From: Catajapyx aquilonaris
Lineage: Eukaryota
Direction of reading: 5' to 3'
Length of the DNA: 64,000 bases
Assembly: GCA_000934665.2 (NCBI GenBank)
Contig: JYFJ02000248.1
Coordinates: 1 to 64,000, forward strand
The position numbers were made by a program, and so were the translations under genes. The notes under the pieces are model-generated. The model ran no database searches and was not told where the DNA came from. It was given only the letters and a program-made list of their open reading frames with translations. Positions 1 to 11,664 of the stretch are shown here, in pieces (within the stretch, counting starts at the first letter, position 1; each line of letters begins with the position of its first letter).

Positions 1-97
1 CCTTCCTAAACGTTGACAATAGGTGTGGACATGATGTATGCCAAGTTTGGTGTTCTCCTCATAAAGTGCAGTTTTTTTTTCCTTACTCGCCCAACTA
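1..97. mobile_element. Probable right terminus of an Academ-like DNA transposon (truncated by window edge)
   Basis: Reverse complement reads TAGTTGGGCGAGTAAGG-A9-CTGCACTTTATGAGGAGAACACCAAACTTGGCATAC. It has a TAG terminus and a CACCAAACTTGGCA motif resembling Academ TIRs as I recall them. The other end is not in the window. Confidence 0.35.
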
Positions 98-784
98 TAA
101 GTGAAATTGATGACTTTCCAGTTGCACGCCCCTAGCGGCCAAATTTGGCCTGCCATCAAAATGGCGGCGTTAGCTATGCAGAGGCGGGATTTTCCTATCC
201 CTGCCCATGTTAATTAAATGGCCTCTGCTTGCTCGCGTCTGGGGGTCTGGCCCCGGGGCAGATCTTGTTGACATATTTTTTTCTGGAGTGAGGAGGTTCC
301 TGGCCTGCCCTCACCAGGTTCCAAAAGTTAATTGGCCCCCGGGCGGACTGCCCCCGGAGGGATTTTGTGAATGGTGATCGCGCTTTTCTCGCTGCTGTCC
401 GGGCTCCGATTGTCCGCGTCTGGGGGTCTGGCCCCGGGGCAGACCTTGGTGACATATTTTTTTCTGGAGTGAGGATGTTCCTGGCCTGCCCTCACCAGGT
501 TCCAAAAGTTAATAGGCCCCCGGGCGGACTGCCACCGGAGTTATTTTGTGAGTGCGAGTTTCTCATTACTACAATATTCTTTATTGTCCGCTTCTGATGG
601 TTTGGCCCCGGGGCAGATCTTCCTGGTTATTTTTTTTAAGTGAACATAGACCGGACTTTACCAGGTGCCTGAAGTGCATCGGCCCCGAGGCGAAGTGCCC
701 CCGGACCCGGAGTGATTTTGTTATAGTGGTGACAGAGCTTTTCTCATTATTATCTGGGCTCCTATTGTCCGCATCTGGTGGTTT

Positions 785-2201
785 ATTTATTTTATTTATT
801 TTACAGCCCCGTGATTCGAGCCATCGGCTCGTGTGGGGGGACATCCACTCACAACCCATTTACACTTCAATAATCACAGAAATTTAGTATTTTGACTGCG
901 GCGAGGAAAAAAGAATATAGTAGGTACGCATCCATCTTCTGGGGTTCGACAAATAAATAAAACAACCGATCAGGAGGGAATTTTGGCAGATTAGTCAGGT
1001 ATTTTTTTCTTGGTGAGTTAAATAGTTGACATTCATAGATTAGGTGAAAGATAGAGCGATTTGTGGACCAGTTACACCAATCACATTTTTCCGTATCATT
1101 TAGTTTGATCGCCAGCTGGTTTTGGAGACGAAGGACTTGCGAATTGTTCCTCAAGTTTGCAAGCAGGCGAATGTGGGAAAGAGGGAGATCCATAGCAAAG
1201 TAATTTTCAATTTGGAAGGTGAGTTTTATTTCTTTGTAGTGAAGATATCTTTTGGTATCTCGTAATCTGTTTATCTGATCCTGCTTTAGGTCATTTTCAA
1301 TCTTCCGTAGTAAACTGGGAAGGTCTTCAATATCTACGAGCCAATCGTTCGTATACGGCAAAAACAGTTTCATGCAACTTCGCCCCCAATTCAAAGGTTC
1401 AGAGATGCTATTATTGTTCTTATGACGCTCGAGGGTGTAATATAGGGCTGAGGTTAAAAGTGAGTTTTTCGAATGTTTTTTAGTTTTGAGGATAAATTTA
1501 GCAATCGTTTTCAGTACATTTAATGTTAGGGGTATGGTGCCTGTTTCGAGGTACACAAAATATCCGGCAGTGGATTTTGGCAACATTAATAATTTTTTGA
1601 GAAAGTAAGTTTGCACTTGTAAGATCTCAGACAGATAGTTTGGGCTCCATACTGGACACGCATAAAGCAGAACAGGAGCGATAAACGCATGGAATAGTTT
1701 AAGTGCCACTGACAGGTCCCGGACTTTTAGTTTTAGTAGGGTAGGCCATAGATTATTTATGGCTGCAAAGGCCTTTCCTTTAAAGTAGGCAGCAGCATCA
1801 ATAAATTTACCCGAGCTTTTAAAAGGCACTCCCAAATATGTGTATGACGATGTGGACTCTAATAGTATGGATTTCCAAAAGAACTTTTTGTTGGGGCATT
1901 TTCCCCCTTTCCGAAAACAAACCATCTTAGTTTTCCCCAAATTGATGTTCAGTTCGTTTTCTTCGAAATATTCGCTTAGAATCTGAATATTTTTCTGCAT
2001 GTAAAGGGGATTATTAGATAATAAAATAATATCATCCGCAAATGCTAATAAAATAATATCTTCTTGTCCCGGACCTAGATTTACGCCATTTGCGCCCTTT
2101 TGTACCATATATTTACTGGCATCTGCCAAGAAAAGATTAAATAAAAAGGGACTTAAAGGTTCTCCCTGGGGTAAGCCCGAAGTAATCTTAATGCCCTCCG
2201 A
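785..2201 (-). mobile_element. 5'-truncated non-LTR retrotransposon (LINE, probably RTE-X-like)
   Basis: 15-bp TSD CGCATCTGGTGGTTT at 770-784 and 2202-2216. A-rich (TAAAA/TAAA)n tail on the minus strand at ~785-803. Short 3'UTR with a GAGCC-gat-GGCTC hairpin. RT motifs GLPQG..LSP.LFN and FADD; C-terminal CxxC...H...C. Confidence 0.9.
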
Positions 2202-2243
2202 CGCATCTGGTGGTTTGACCCCGTGGTAGATCTTGCTGAGCAT
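867..2243 (-). CDS. Uninterrupted 458-aa ORF: C-terminal half of LINE reverse transcriptase plus CCHC-type zinc knuckle; first ~14 codons come from the TSD and host TIR element
   Basis: Motifs GLPQGEPLSPFLFN, LLAFADDIILLS, YTYLGV and CDWC-x8-H-x4-C. ATG at 2243-2241 lies outside the LINE boundary. The endonuclease and N-terminal RT subdomains are missing. Confidence 0.75.
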   Translation of the reverse strand: MLSKIYHGVKPPDASEGIKITSGLPQGEPLSPFLFNLFLADASKYMVQKGANGVNLGPGQEDIILLAFADDIILLSNNPLYMQKNIQILSEYFEENELNINLGKTKMVCFRKGGKCPNKKFFWKSILLESTSSYTYLGVPFKSSGKFIDAAAYFKGKAFAAINNLWPTLLKLKVRDLSVALKLFHAFIAPVLLYACPVWSPNYLSEILQVQTYFLKKLLMLPKSTAGYFVYLETGTIPLTLNVLKTIAKFILKTKKHSKNSLLTSALYYTLERHKNNNSISEPLNWGRSCMKLFLPYTNDWLVDIEDLPSLLRKIENDLKQDQINRLRDTKRYLHYKEIKLTFQIENYFAMDLPLSHIRLLANLRNNSQVLRLQNQLAIKLNDTEKCDWCNWSTNRSIFHLIYECQLFNSPRKKYLTNLPKFPPDRLFYLFVEPQKMDAYLLYSFFLAAVKILNFCDY

Positions 2244-3180
2244 TTTTTAAATGGTTCCACTAATTTCATAAATTACAGTGTCACATTACACTCCCAGCAT
2301 AACAGAACTGTTGCAAAAATATGCACGTATACGGTACAATCGTATCGCAAACATTCATTAGAACATATGACAGAATTTTTTTTAATGAGCAAGCTACAAA
2401 CTCACACAAACATAGTCAAAAGGGTTCATCCTCAGCAAGATCTGCCCCGGGGCCAAACCGCCAGACGCAAACAATCGGAGCCCAGATATACGCAATAATG
2501 AGAAAAGCGCGGTCACCACCATAAAAGAAAATCACTCCGGGTCCGGGGGCACTTCGCCTCGGGGCCGATTCACTTCAGGCACCTGGTAAAATGGAAGGTC
2601 CGGTCTCTGGTCACTCAAAAAAAACCAGCAAGATCTGCCCCGGGGCCAAACCATCAGACGCGGACAATAAAGACACCGGATATTAGTAATGAGAAACTCG
2701 CACTCAAAAAATAACTCCGGTGGCAGTCCGCCCGGGGGCCAATTAACTTTTGGAACCTGGTGAGGGCAGGCCAGGAACCTCCTCACTCCACAAAAAAATA
2801 TGTCAACAAGATCTGCCCCGGGGCCAGACCCCCAGACGCGGACAATCGGAGCCCGGACAGCATCGAGAAAAGCGCGATCACCATTCACAAAATCACTCCG
2901 GGGGCAGTCCGCCCGGGGGCCAATTAACTTTTGGAACCTGGTGAGGGCAGGCCAGGAACCTCCTCACTCCAGAAAAAAATATGTCAACAAGATCTGCCCC
3001 GGGGCCAGACCCCCAGACGCGAGCAAGCAGAGGCCATTTAATTAACATGGGCAGGGATAGGAAAATCCCGCCTCTGCATAGCTAACGCCGCCATTTTGAT
3101 GGCAGGCCAAATTTGGCCGCTAGGGGCGTGCAACTGGAAAGTCATCAATTAAGAGCCAAATTACAAAATTAACAACTGAC

Positions 3181-3675
3181 CTGAAGTCCCATCTGCTTCA
3201 GAAGGCTACGGACAAGCTTCTTCATGTACACAACATCTGACTGGCCTTTTCTCGCTTCCCTGCAAAAAAATGACGCTGCATAATTACGGTATGTACAAGA
3301 CATCTGCAGGTATGAATGTTGTTTTTAGTTATCGCTCATATCATCCAAATCTGTTAATTTGGTGTACCTTGTTACACCCCGATCCAGGAAATGCTTGGAC
3401 TGCACTACCCACCTAAGCTCGGACTTGCAACGGGCGAACTCCTGGTTGCTTGGCGGCTTCTGCTGCGTCTCTTCCTCCAGAACAGCTTCTCTTTCCTTGA
3501 CCGGCCGTGGACTCCCCTCCTTCATGGTCTTGGTCACCGGATCGTACCTGGACATGTCGTTTGGATCTACCCATCCCGAAGTGTCATGCGGCCTGTTCCA
3601 CTTGTCCAAAGGCTGGCTGCAGAGGGCCTGGGCTACTACCATCAGGAGCAGGCACAACGCAGCGGACGGACCCAT
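3181..3675 (-). CDS. CLCC1: Chloride channel CLIC-like protein 1 (MCLC family), first two coding exons (3675-3413, 3259-3181); gene continues left of the window
   Basis: Signal peptide MGPSAALCLLLMVVAQALCS followed by WVDPNDMSRYD..TKTM, matching the CLCC1 N-terminal motif WIDPTDMLNYD..SGTM. The next exon (DVVYMKKLVRSLLKQMGLQ) splices in frame via GT-AG. Donor GTCAGT at 3180. Confidence 0.8.
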
Positions 3676-4259
3676 TCTGCCTGCCAGCCTACAAAAGAAA
3701 TATTCCTCAACTTCATGTACCTTCTCCAATTATTAATCCGTACATTAATTAAAACCAAGTGCAAATTGCATCATTACTAATAAATGAACTTTGACGCACT
3801 GTATCTCTTTGTATGGGGATTTCCCTCCCAGATTATCCTTACCTCTCCGGCTGTGGACTCGTGACTATCTGCCCTTCACTCTTGAGCTCAAAGATAACCA
3901 GCACATATCATGCTTCTCTCGGTAAAATCAAAAATAATCCACTGATAATGCCATTATTTCAGTTGTACTTTTTTTTCAGATCGTCATTTGTTCAACAAAC
4001 GTCTGGGGGGGCTAAAAGAAGCTTAGCAGCTACACCATATCAAAAGCAGGGTAAATGTGCAAAAAGCAGCTATCACAATCGGCTTAAAATTTATTTTTGG
4101 CAGGAATTTAACTTTAACAATGCCAGATCTACCGCTGTTATTTTTTAAACATGGTTAAATATTGCACAGCGTCGTTCTATTTACGAACATTTGAATCTAA
4201 TTGGGTGCCGACGCCCGCATTTATAGCGAGTAACTAGTGAAAAGTAGCCGCTTTTTTAA

Positions 4260-4540
4260 ATACCTGCGCATGAAGCCCATACAGAGTTAGTTTAAAACAT
4301 GTTAAACGTTTTAACTTTATGATTTAAATTTTAAATGTAATGCACTACTTTTTTCGTTGTTAACCTACATTATTTGTGACAGTATTGGATGTGTCCAAAT
4401 GGCACATGTGATGGTAGAAGTCGGACGCAGCCCAACGGACGCGGGAAGGAGTCGCCTTTGTCCAAGTTTTTCGCACTTTTTCGCACGTTTTCGCACGTTT
4501 AGCAGTGGTTTAGCATTGCAAAAAGGACGCAGGTAAGTTG
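4260..4540. promoter_or_regulatory. Likely bidirectional promoter region between CLCC1 and CENP-P, with 3x TTTTCGCAC repeat (4467-4500)
   Basis: The two genes are head-to-head with ATGs 1 kb apart. A plus-strand donor CAG|GTAAGT at 4533 and acceptor at 4679 define a CENP-P 5'UTR intron. Minus-strand donor-like sites occur at ~3842 and ~4263. Confidence 0.5.
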
Positions 4541-4680
4541 CAGACACAGTTTAGCGAAAGTTATATCATTTCCACAACAGATTTCAAGCAAAAATTCATT
4601 GTTGAGTAGAAAGGACTGTAACTGAACCAATAACTGAAGTGTGAGCTGATTAAATTTTAATTAATTAATTAATTAACAGG

Positions 4681-5741
4681 ATGAGTGCAGTGTGTACATC
4701 TCAGGAGCTGAATTACCTGGTACAGCAAGGGAGGATAGCGGAGTTGGAGAAGCAGGTGGAGAGGGTGAAGGGGCAGGTGGCCGAGCGCAAAGCCAAGCTC
4801 GACGGAAGGCCAAGTGCGCTGGATGAAACTCAAGTGGTCTTTGCTTCTGAATGCAGGTGAAATTATTTAGTTGACAAATTCAATACAAGACTCATATACG
4901 TCACATCCATTCCACATATTCCTTAGGGGCCAGCAGATGGAAATGGAGCTGTTGAGTCAGATATATGGCTTTCAATTAGACAAGTGCATTTTGAAGTCAG
5001 GCCCCGAAGTTGGATACCACGTTGTGTACAACATATGCGGCGATAATGCTGATGCAAAGTGGACTGCACGTGTGACATTCTTGCATGTAAGCTATATTAA
5101 TTTATAGCACTTCAATGCTGTACCTTTATGAAAAAAGTAAGAAATATGTATATTACTTACCTCGATAATATTTTGCAGAATACGAGTGCTACGCCAGCTA
5201 TAACTGGCCTTGAGATAAGCTTGGATCAAGGCTTCCCTGCCGATGATGATTTCACGTCATGGATTCATACCTGCGAGGCAAAGTGTGACCTGCAACTCTT
5301 CACTCGTCAGGTCACCAACTACATCAGCCTCATACATGAACGGCGAGATACGCTGGATTGGCTGCAAGAGAAGTTTGCCAAGATCGTCACAATCATCGAC
5401 CAAAACAACTCTCATCAGATATTAGTGGGCAATGCGAAGAAGCAGGGACATCTTTACTGCATCGATTGGCAGGTGAAGAGGAGCCAGTGTAACGCTGACG
5501 CCATGTGGCAGAGGGAGCTGAACGTGAAGGTGGATCGCAAAGGTATTAATCAAAACTACTACACAAAATATAAGTGGTACTAATTTTGCTGCATTTCGAT
5601 TCTGCAGGTGCTGCACTGGCGGAGAAGGACCAAGATATGCTGGCCCTTTTGCAGGAACCTCGTGATGATGAGCAGTTTCGAAATACCTGGGAAGCCCTGC
5701 TGCTGTCCTGTGCTGAGTACCTGAAAAAGGCTGCAAAGTAG
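4681..5741 (+). CDS. CENPP: Centromere protein P homolog, 4 exons (4681-4856, 4927-5086, 5179-5542, 5608-5741), 277 aa
   Basis: In-frame GT-AG splicing. N-terminal coiled coil. ITGLEISLD and FTSWIHTCEAKCDLQLFTRQVTNY..HERRDTLDWLQEKF align by eye with CENP-P VTDLNIIME and LSEFVSRAEERKDLFMFFRSL..YRKRTFKHLKEKY. Length is similar to vertebrate CENP-P. Confidence 0.75.
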
Positions 5742-8700
5742 CTTTGTCTTGACCATTTATTTGCGGTTCAATCATGTGTTCAAGTCATTATTTTTCACTG
5801 TTCAGCAATTTTAACTAAACGCAATTTTCAGAATCTCGTAATGTGATTATGCTTTGAGTCTGTTGGAATAATAAGAATCATGGGATGGACACAGTCGGAT
5901 AAATGACACCACAACACGTTTGTCTCATAGGATTTATTCATAAATATTAATGATTGAAAAAGTTCTGGAGCTGATATGAATTTACAAACTCAAGAATGAA
6001 CCAACTGTTGTCATAAATATTTTGATATACTGTCCACTGCCTTAAAGACTCAATAAAACAAATTACATCTGCAAGCAACGAGCACTTTGGTCTTGTACTC
6101 AGTGGAAAAAATCGACTAGGCAAAAATACTACATGTGTTACAGGTTGATACATAGCAGAATATAGGGGGATTGTACATTTTTTTTCTGTGGAGCAGAAAG
6201 CCAATGGGAAGTAAGGTTTGAGAGAGAAAGAGATAGAGAGAGAGAGAGCTGATATGGGCCCCCGGAGAGGCCTATGTTACATGTTGATATGACATGTTTA
6301 CTGGAGAAATCCTTCCATCCAAACCCTGTTTCGAAGACCACAGCTTACAGTTAGTGGAAACTTTTTCAAGTCACGGCTTTTTTTTTTTTGCAATCATGGA
6401 AAATATTGGTATTATTATTATTATTATTATTATTTTCTTTCATGTTTCACTAAGAGCTGATACAGCATACCGTACTACTAGATATTGATACATTTGATAT
6501 ATATTCTTTTACACATGTAAATTTTTTTTTCTTTAAAGGGGATTCTATAGTACATGGTTGATACAGCGCACAAACCGAAGAGTAAGACTAAGTGACAGCT
6601 AGAACAAATGGAAGCGGGGAAAAACGCGCACTTGAGAGTTTGTGCGCCGTATGGTGTAAGCTTCCGGAAATCTAAAGAACTGGGAGGGAGAGAACAATAC
6701 AGTGTTGGGGAGAGAAGAGTTTCAACATGGGAGCTTTGTACTTAACAATTAGCACGTAGACCAGTGATCTATAGTCACAGCCACTTGATGGAGCTGAATG
6801 CGTGATAGATCAGAAGTCGACCTTTGTTGTTTTTTCTTCTTAAATAATCTTTTTTTTAGGTGTTAAACGCAACCTGCTTAAATACAAAGTCTCACTAGGA
6901 CGAAACTACAATCAGCTCTGCTAACACAGAGCCCCTTATGTTAATGTAATGTACAGTTTAATGATTTTTGGAGTTTCCTCCTCTACAATGACATCCATTT
7001 GTGCCTCGTGATCACAGCGAATAACCGCTGCTTTCAAGTTATTTACATTCCTATCTAATTTGGCATAAAAATTCACCAGCTTCTATTGCTTGCGTTTTTT
7101 TGACAATCCAAGAGAAACTGAGTGAATTCTATGGTAGTTTTTCGACAGACAGTTTTGCTGGAACAAGACCATGCAATATTTAAGCCTACTCCAGCAAGAA
7201 CAATTCCACTGAACTGTAAGAACAGACAACAGAAAAACATGATGACCAGTAAGTGACGTATACAGATATTATTTTGTCCACAAATTACACTGCAAATTAT
7301 ATCTAACTTGTTGCCTGTCACGAAGAGAATGACTTTTCGTTTGATTCTTCTCTTCAAAGGCAACTCTTGTCTCGTTTCTGTCATGCTAATGATCAACCCG
7401 TTAAAAAAAGGGGGCCATAATAAATATATTAGTATGAATTAAGGTAATAATAAAAGCTTCATCGAATGCTCGTTTCACCGAGGTGAACGTCGTTGTTGTC
7501 GACAAAGCAAAAAAGTCGGTGCTTCTGTCCAAAAAGGCAGGGAGAGTCATGTTTTGTTATTAAAGTCTTGCGGGCAGCTTTTCACAGTCCTTGTTTTTTT
7601 TCTGCCGCCCCTTGTTGACTTGGCGAGTATTAATCATCGGCAGTCTTGCAAACAGCGTCAAGTTCAGGTGTCGTATGAGTTTTATGTACTAGTCTTGTTT
7701 CGTGTATTTTGTGTGTGTTTTTTTTTTTTTACTTATACCCGTTGACTTGGCGCAGTAATGTACACATTTTTTTTTTTCTTTTACAACTTAATTCTCCAAG
7801 TAGAAGGAATCTTGTCGTGCTCTCACACTCGAAAAGATCAGAGGGTGGTAGTATAATCGTAGGTTTGTTACAGAATATAAACCTACTGTTAAGAAGGAAT
7901 TACAAGGCTACATATGCTCACTTCAAGCGATATAATGATTTTTGCTCTAACAAATGTTTTCCCTCCCAAATCCATCGTCCCATATCCAGAAGTTTGGTAA
8001 TGGATTGGCAGCACTTATGGGATTATTTCGTTATGTACATGGTAATTATCAGCATGAACAATCATGTGTGGTGGACTAATGCACTTGTTTACTCAACGAG
8101 AAAAAGGAGCCACGTTCTAAAACAACTCATTTCGTTGAAGTTGTATTCGTCCCTACATAAAATGAGGATATTGCCTGCATTAACAGGGTTCTTCATGCGC
8201 AACCCTCTATGATTCTGACCTGCAATGACCTACGTTTGCAAAAAAGAAAACTTCGTCATTGTAAAACTTGGCTTTCTGTTCATCACCAATATTCAATTTG
8301 CAATGCATGTGTTTTCTGAAGCTGAAATTGGAGCTCAGATTTTTGGTCAGCTCTGCAGAGAAAATTTCCTAGGAACAACCTATTCCTTTGAGCAATCCGT
8401 GAATTCCTGCCTCTCACGATTCGAAAAAACTGTATAGTGTATAGGAATGGGGTGTTTCCTTGAAGAAATTCTCAAAGTGGAATAATAATCCTTCCCTAAT
8501 AAAGCTATGTTCACACAGTGCACATTCTGGAGCCGATGTTGATCCAAAATTTGAATCAAACAACTTCTTCAATTCCCACCTTTGATGTTGGTCGCAAATT
8601 CATAGCCAGCCTTTTTTTTTTTTCAGTGTCCAGATTGGAACTGAAGCCGACCCACAAACGAGTACCAAGCAGCGAATATTATTGAAAGGAAGACAGTTCA

Positions 8701-9064
8701 TTCCTCCTGTGCAATTCAGTCTGTAAAATTCTATTTCGGATGTTACAGAGAACAAAGGTCATGCCTTTGAATGGATCAACTTGTCTCTGCCATTACAATC
8801 TGAACGCCAGCTTCAGAACATATCCTGCCTGAATGCAGCTTTGCAGGTCTACCACTAACTTGTAAGTATGAAGCACTGCAATGCAAATGACAATGCATGA
8901 ACCAAATGCATGTGAATTGAACATTACACCACACATAAATGCCCACACTGACATGCCGTACAGGCTCTGGTATGACCACCCTCTGTCATCAAGCACAAAG
9001 GGAACTAACGGTCCGTGGGAATAACGAGTGGGGTCAGGTGTAGCACCGGGGAACAGGAAGCGAG

Positions 9065-11664
9065 TCACATGATGACACACTTCTCCTTCACTTTGCTCGT
9101 GCCCTTCACACTCCTACCCTTCTTAGTGTCCAGGTTGAGTGACATTTGCCTGTTCTTCTCCATGTTTAGCAGCTCCTGGAACAGCTCCTTGACGTTGTGG
9201 TTGTTTTTGGCCGAAGTCTCCATGAAATTGCAGCCCCAGCGCTTGGCCTGCGCCTCGCCATCCGGGGACTGCACCTCTCTGTTCTCGGTCTCATCGCATT
9301 TGTTGCCCACCAGCATGATCGGGATGCCCTCCAATTCTACCTTGATCTCTCGGATCACGTCCCATATGGGCCGCAGTTCTTCCAGGGACTGGCGTGATGT
9401 GATGGAGTAGACTAGGATGAAAGCATGACCCTTGGAGATGCTCAGCCTCTGCATGGCGGGGAATTGGTGTGATCCAGTGGTGTCCGTGATTTGAAGGGTG
9501 CAGATATTCTTGTTGCAGCTGATAACCTGCAGATCATTATAGTACTTGTTAAACATCAGTTGCCATGTTGCTATCAGCAGCATGTGTATGATGGCAAACA
9601 TTCACATTACATCCACATTAGTGTTGCAATAATTTCTGGAGTACATTTGGCGCCAGAGTTCCTAAAGGGATATTACTCAGACACTCTCGTTATTTTCTCT
9701 CGTAGTTTTTGTTATACAGTGAATAGTAGCACTACTTCTTCATTATGAAAAGTTTGATATGATTATAGGATATCAGATATCATGCACAACAGAAAACTAT
9801 GGCTTTGAAAACATTTTGGGGAATGAAGTAACTTTACAGGATTCACTGTACTTCATAAGTTTTACAGAACCCAGAGAAGCAAATCCAGCCAGAAGTCTGC
9901 CTTCAGTAACTTCGGCTAAATGAAAAGATGAGTGTGTGCTCAAGGCAGTAATCTGATACAGGAACCCATATGCAGCTTCATCTTCTGTAAATTTTTTGTG
10001 TTGAAAATTGATTTAGCAGGGCACGTGTAGAACTCGAGTTTTGTAAATACAAAACTATAGTTCTACACGTGCCACAAGGAATATCCTGCAAGTCATACCG
10101 CCCGTTAAGCAATGCTGCTAGACGTGTAATGTGCTATCCAGGATATATCGCCAGTAACTCAATTTCCACCGCGCTCCGTATAATTAGCTTCAATTCCGAT
10201 AATGAGGTAAAGTATTTTAGCCTGAAGCCAACCGGGTTATTCTCCCGCTATGCCTGCTATACACAGTTCCATGTATTTCCATACAGTAATTATTAGAATA
10301 CGAGACAAAAAAGGGCACGTGGAAGTGAGGAATAATCCCCGTAGATTGCGCCTGAAAACTTTCTTTCCGATATACCTCCAGAGGCCATTTCCTAGAAAAC
10401 CCGGGACATGATTAAATGTGTGCTCTCAAGGGCACCCACGAGCCTCTCCTCTTTAGAGTGGAAATCGACTGAGGAAAGACGCACTGTCGCCGACTTAGGT
10501 AAACCTAACGTGTCCTCTTCAAGCCGTCTTCGAAGAATTTTTTTTTGTCCAATTTCCGAACAGGACATCGCGTTTGGAAAGACGGAAAAAAATCGACGGT
10601 TGAATGCTTTTTATTTATCGACTACACAATGAGTGTAACACAATATTACATAATATCGTGTAACACTGTACAAGCACAGCATATTTAACGCCTGAACATT
10701 TGGAAACAAGCGAGAAAATTGGCCATGCTACCAAAAGTGAGTGTGCAAATATTAAACTGCGCTCCTCGGCATACAGCACGGCCTGTTTCCACATAATTAA
10801 TATGCACACAGCAAAATAGATGGTTGGAGCTCTGAAAGGCATATGTCATAGTTACACGTGAGGCCCATGACCTTAAAAGCAACAGAGGCGCTGGCCTCCC
10901 ATGTTGTGTACTACAAAAGACACGCTCGCAGGCCAGGAAATATATCTTATCTCAGTTTGCTAGAAACGTAATTTCAGCATGTGACGGATTATTATTCAAC
11001 ATATCGTAATCTGCCAACAACAGAAAAAAACTACCAGCCTGCAATGACCCCGGTTGTTTAAGCCTATCTCCAAAATGTCGCTGGAGAATAATCACGGAGT
11101 ATTCAAACGCAAGTATCGATTCCGCATACATGTGCACGCACCACATGCAACGTTATAAAACAAAGAGGGGGAAGAAAGAGAGCCTCTGCGAGTTTCAATT
11201 AATTTTACAGCTGGTTCGAAAAAGGTGAGACGCAACCAGCTCGCGTGATTAATGAGAGTTTAATAAGGCGTGTCGGTCGGTACATCAACGAACGAAAAAT
11301 AGAAAACACTCTTTTACGACGCATTTCGTCCTCATTTTTCGCAACATCCTATTATGTATCAGTCTATACTACTAAAATTCACCGAAGCAGCAGTATAGGT
11401 GAGGGGATATGGTATCCGGCTGCTAATCGGGAGGTCCGGGGATCAAATCCCGGGACCGGCAACTCTGTCCGTGGTTTTCTGTGGTTTCCCACCAGGAAAA
11501 TTCCGGAGTTGTTTCCGTAATTAACAGGCCACAGCCGCTTCCTTCCATCCCTATCCCTTCCCAAAAAGCGAAGCAAAAAGTAAAAAAGCAAAGAGTTCCT
11601 GACAAAAAAATTGGGATGAACCCCTACTAAGCTCCCCTAAGGGAGCCAATGGCTCTATCACCGG

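Larger units (their letters stand above)
105..3150. mobile_element. Non-autonomous foldback/TIR DNA element with ~700-bp modular inverted arms
   Basis: 105 AATTGATGACTTTCCAGTTGCACGCCCCTAGCGG... is the exact reverse complement of ...GGAAAGTCATCAATT 3150. Left arm is 105-784 plus 2217-2240 (split by the LINE); right arm is ~2430-3150. Each arm has ~180-bp subrepeats anchored on TGGCCCCGGGGCAGA. There is a ~190-bp unique core and no transposase. Terminal AATT may be a 4-bp TSD. Confidence 0.9.

Noticed and set aside
236..790. Regularly spaced repeats that could suggest a CRISPR array
   Set aside because: The whole ~180-bp unit is repeated with no unique spacers, the context is eukaryotic, and no cas genes are present.
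210..3045. Pairs of near-identical short ORFs on opposite strands (e.g. 210-455 and 2800-3045)
   Set aside because: They are mirror translations of the inverted repeat arms and have no protein motifs.
6220..6433. (GA)n and (ATT)n tracts
   Set aside because: Ordinary microsatellites.
7709..8212. 167-aa plus-strand ORF
   Set aside because: Non-ATG start, low-complexity F-rich sequence and no motifs. It is probably antisense to the Di-Ras 3' region.
11382..11460. Possible tRNA gene (GCT anticodon-like loop)
   Set aside because: The A and B boxes are degenerate and there is no long Ser variable arm. It continues into a SINE body and (TAA)n tail flanked by a TSD.
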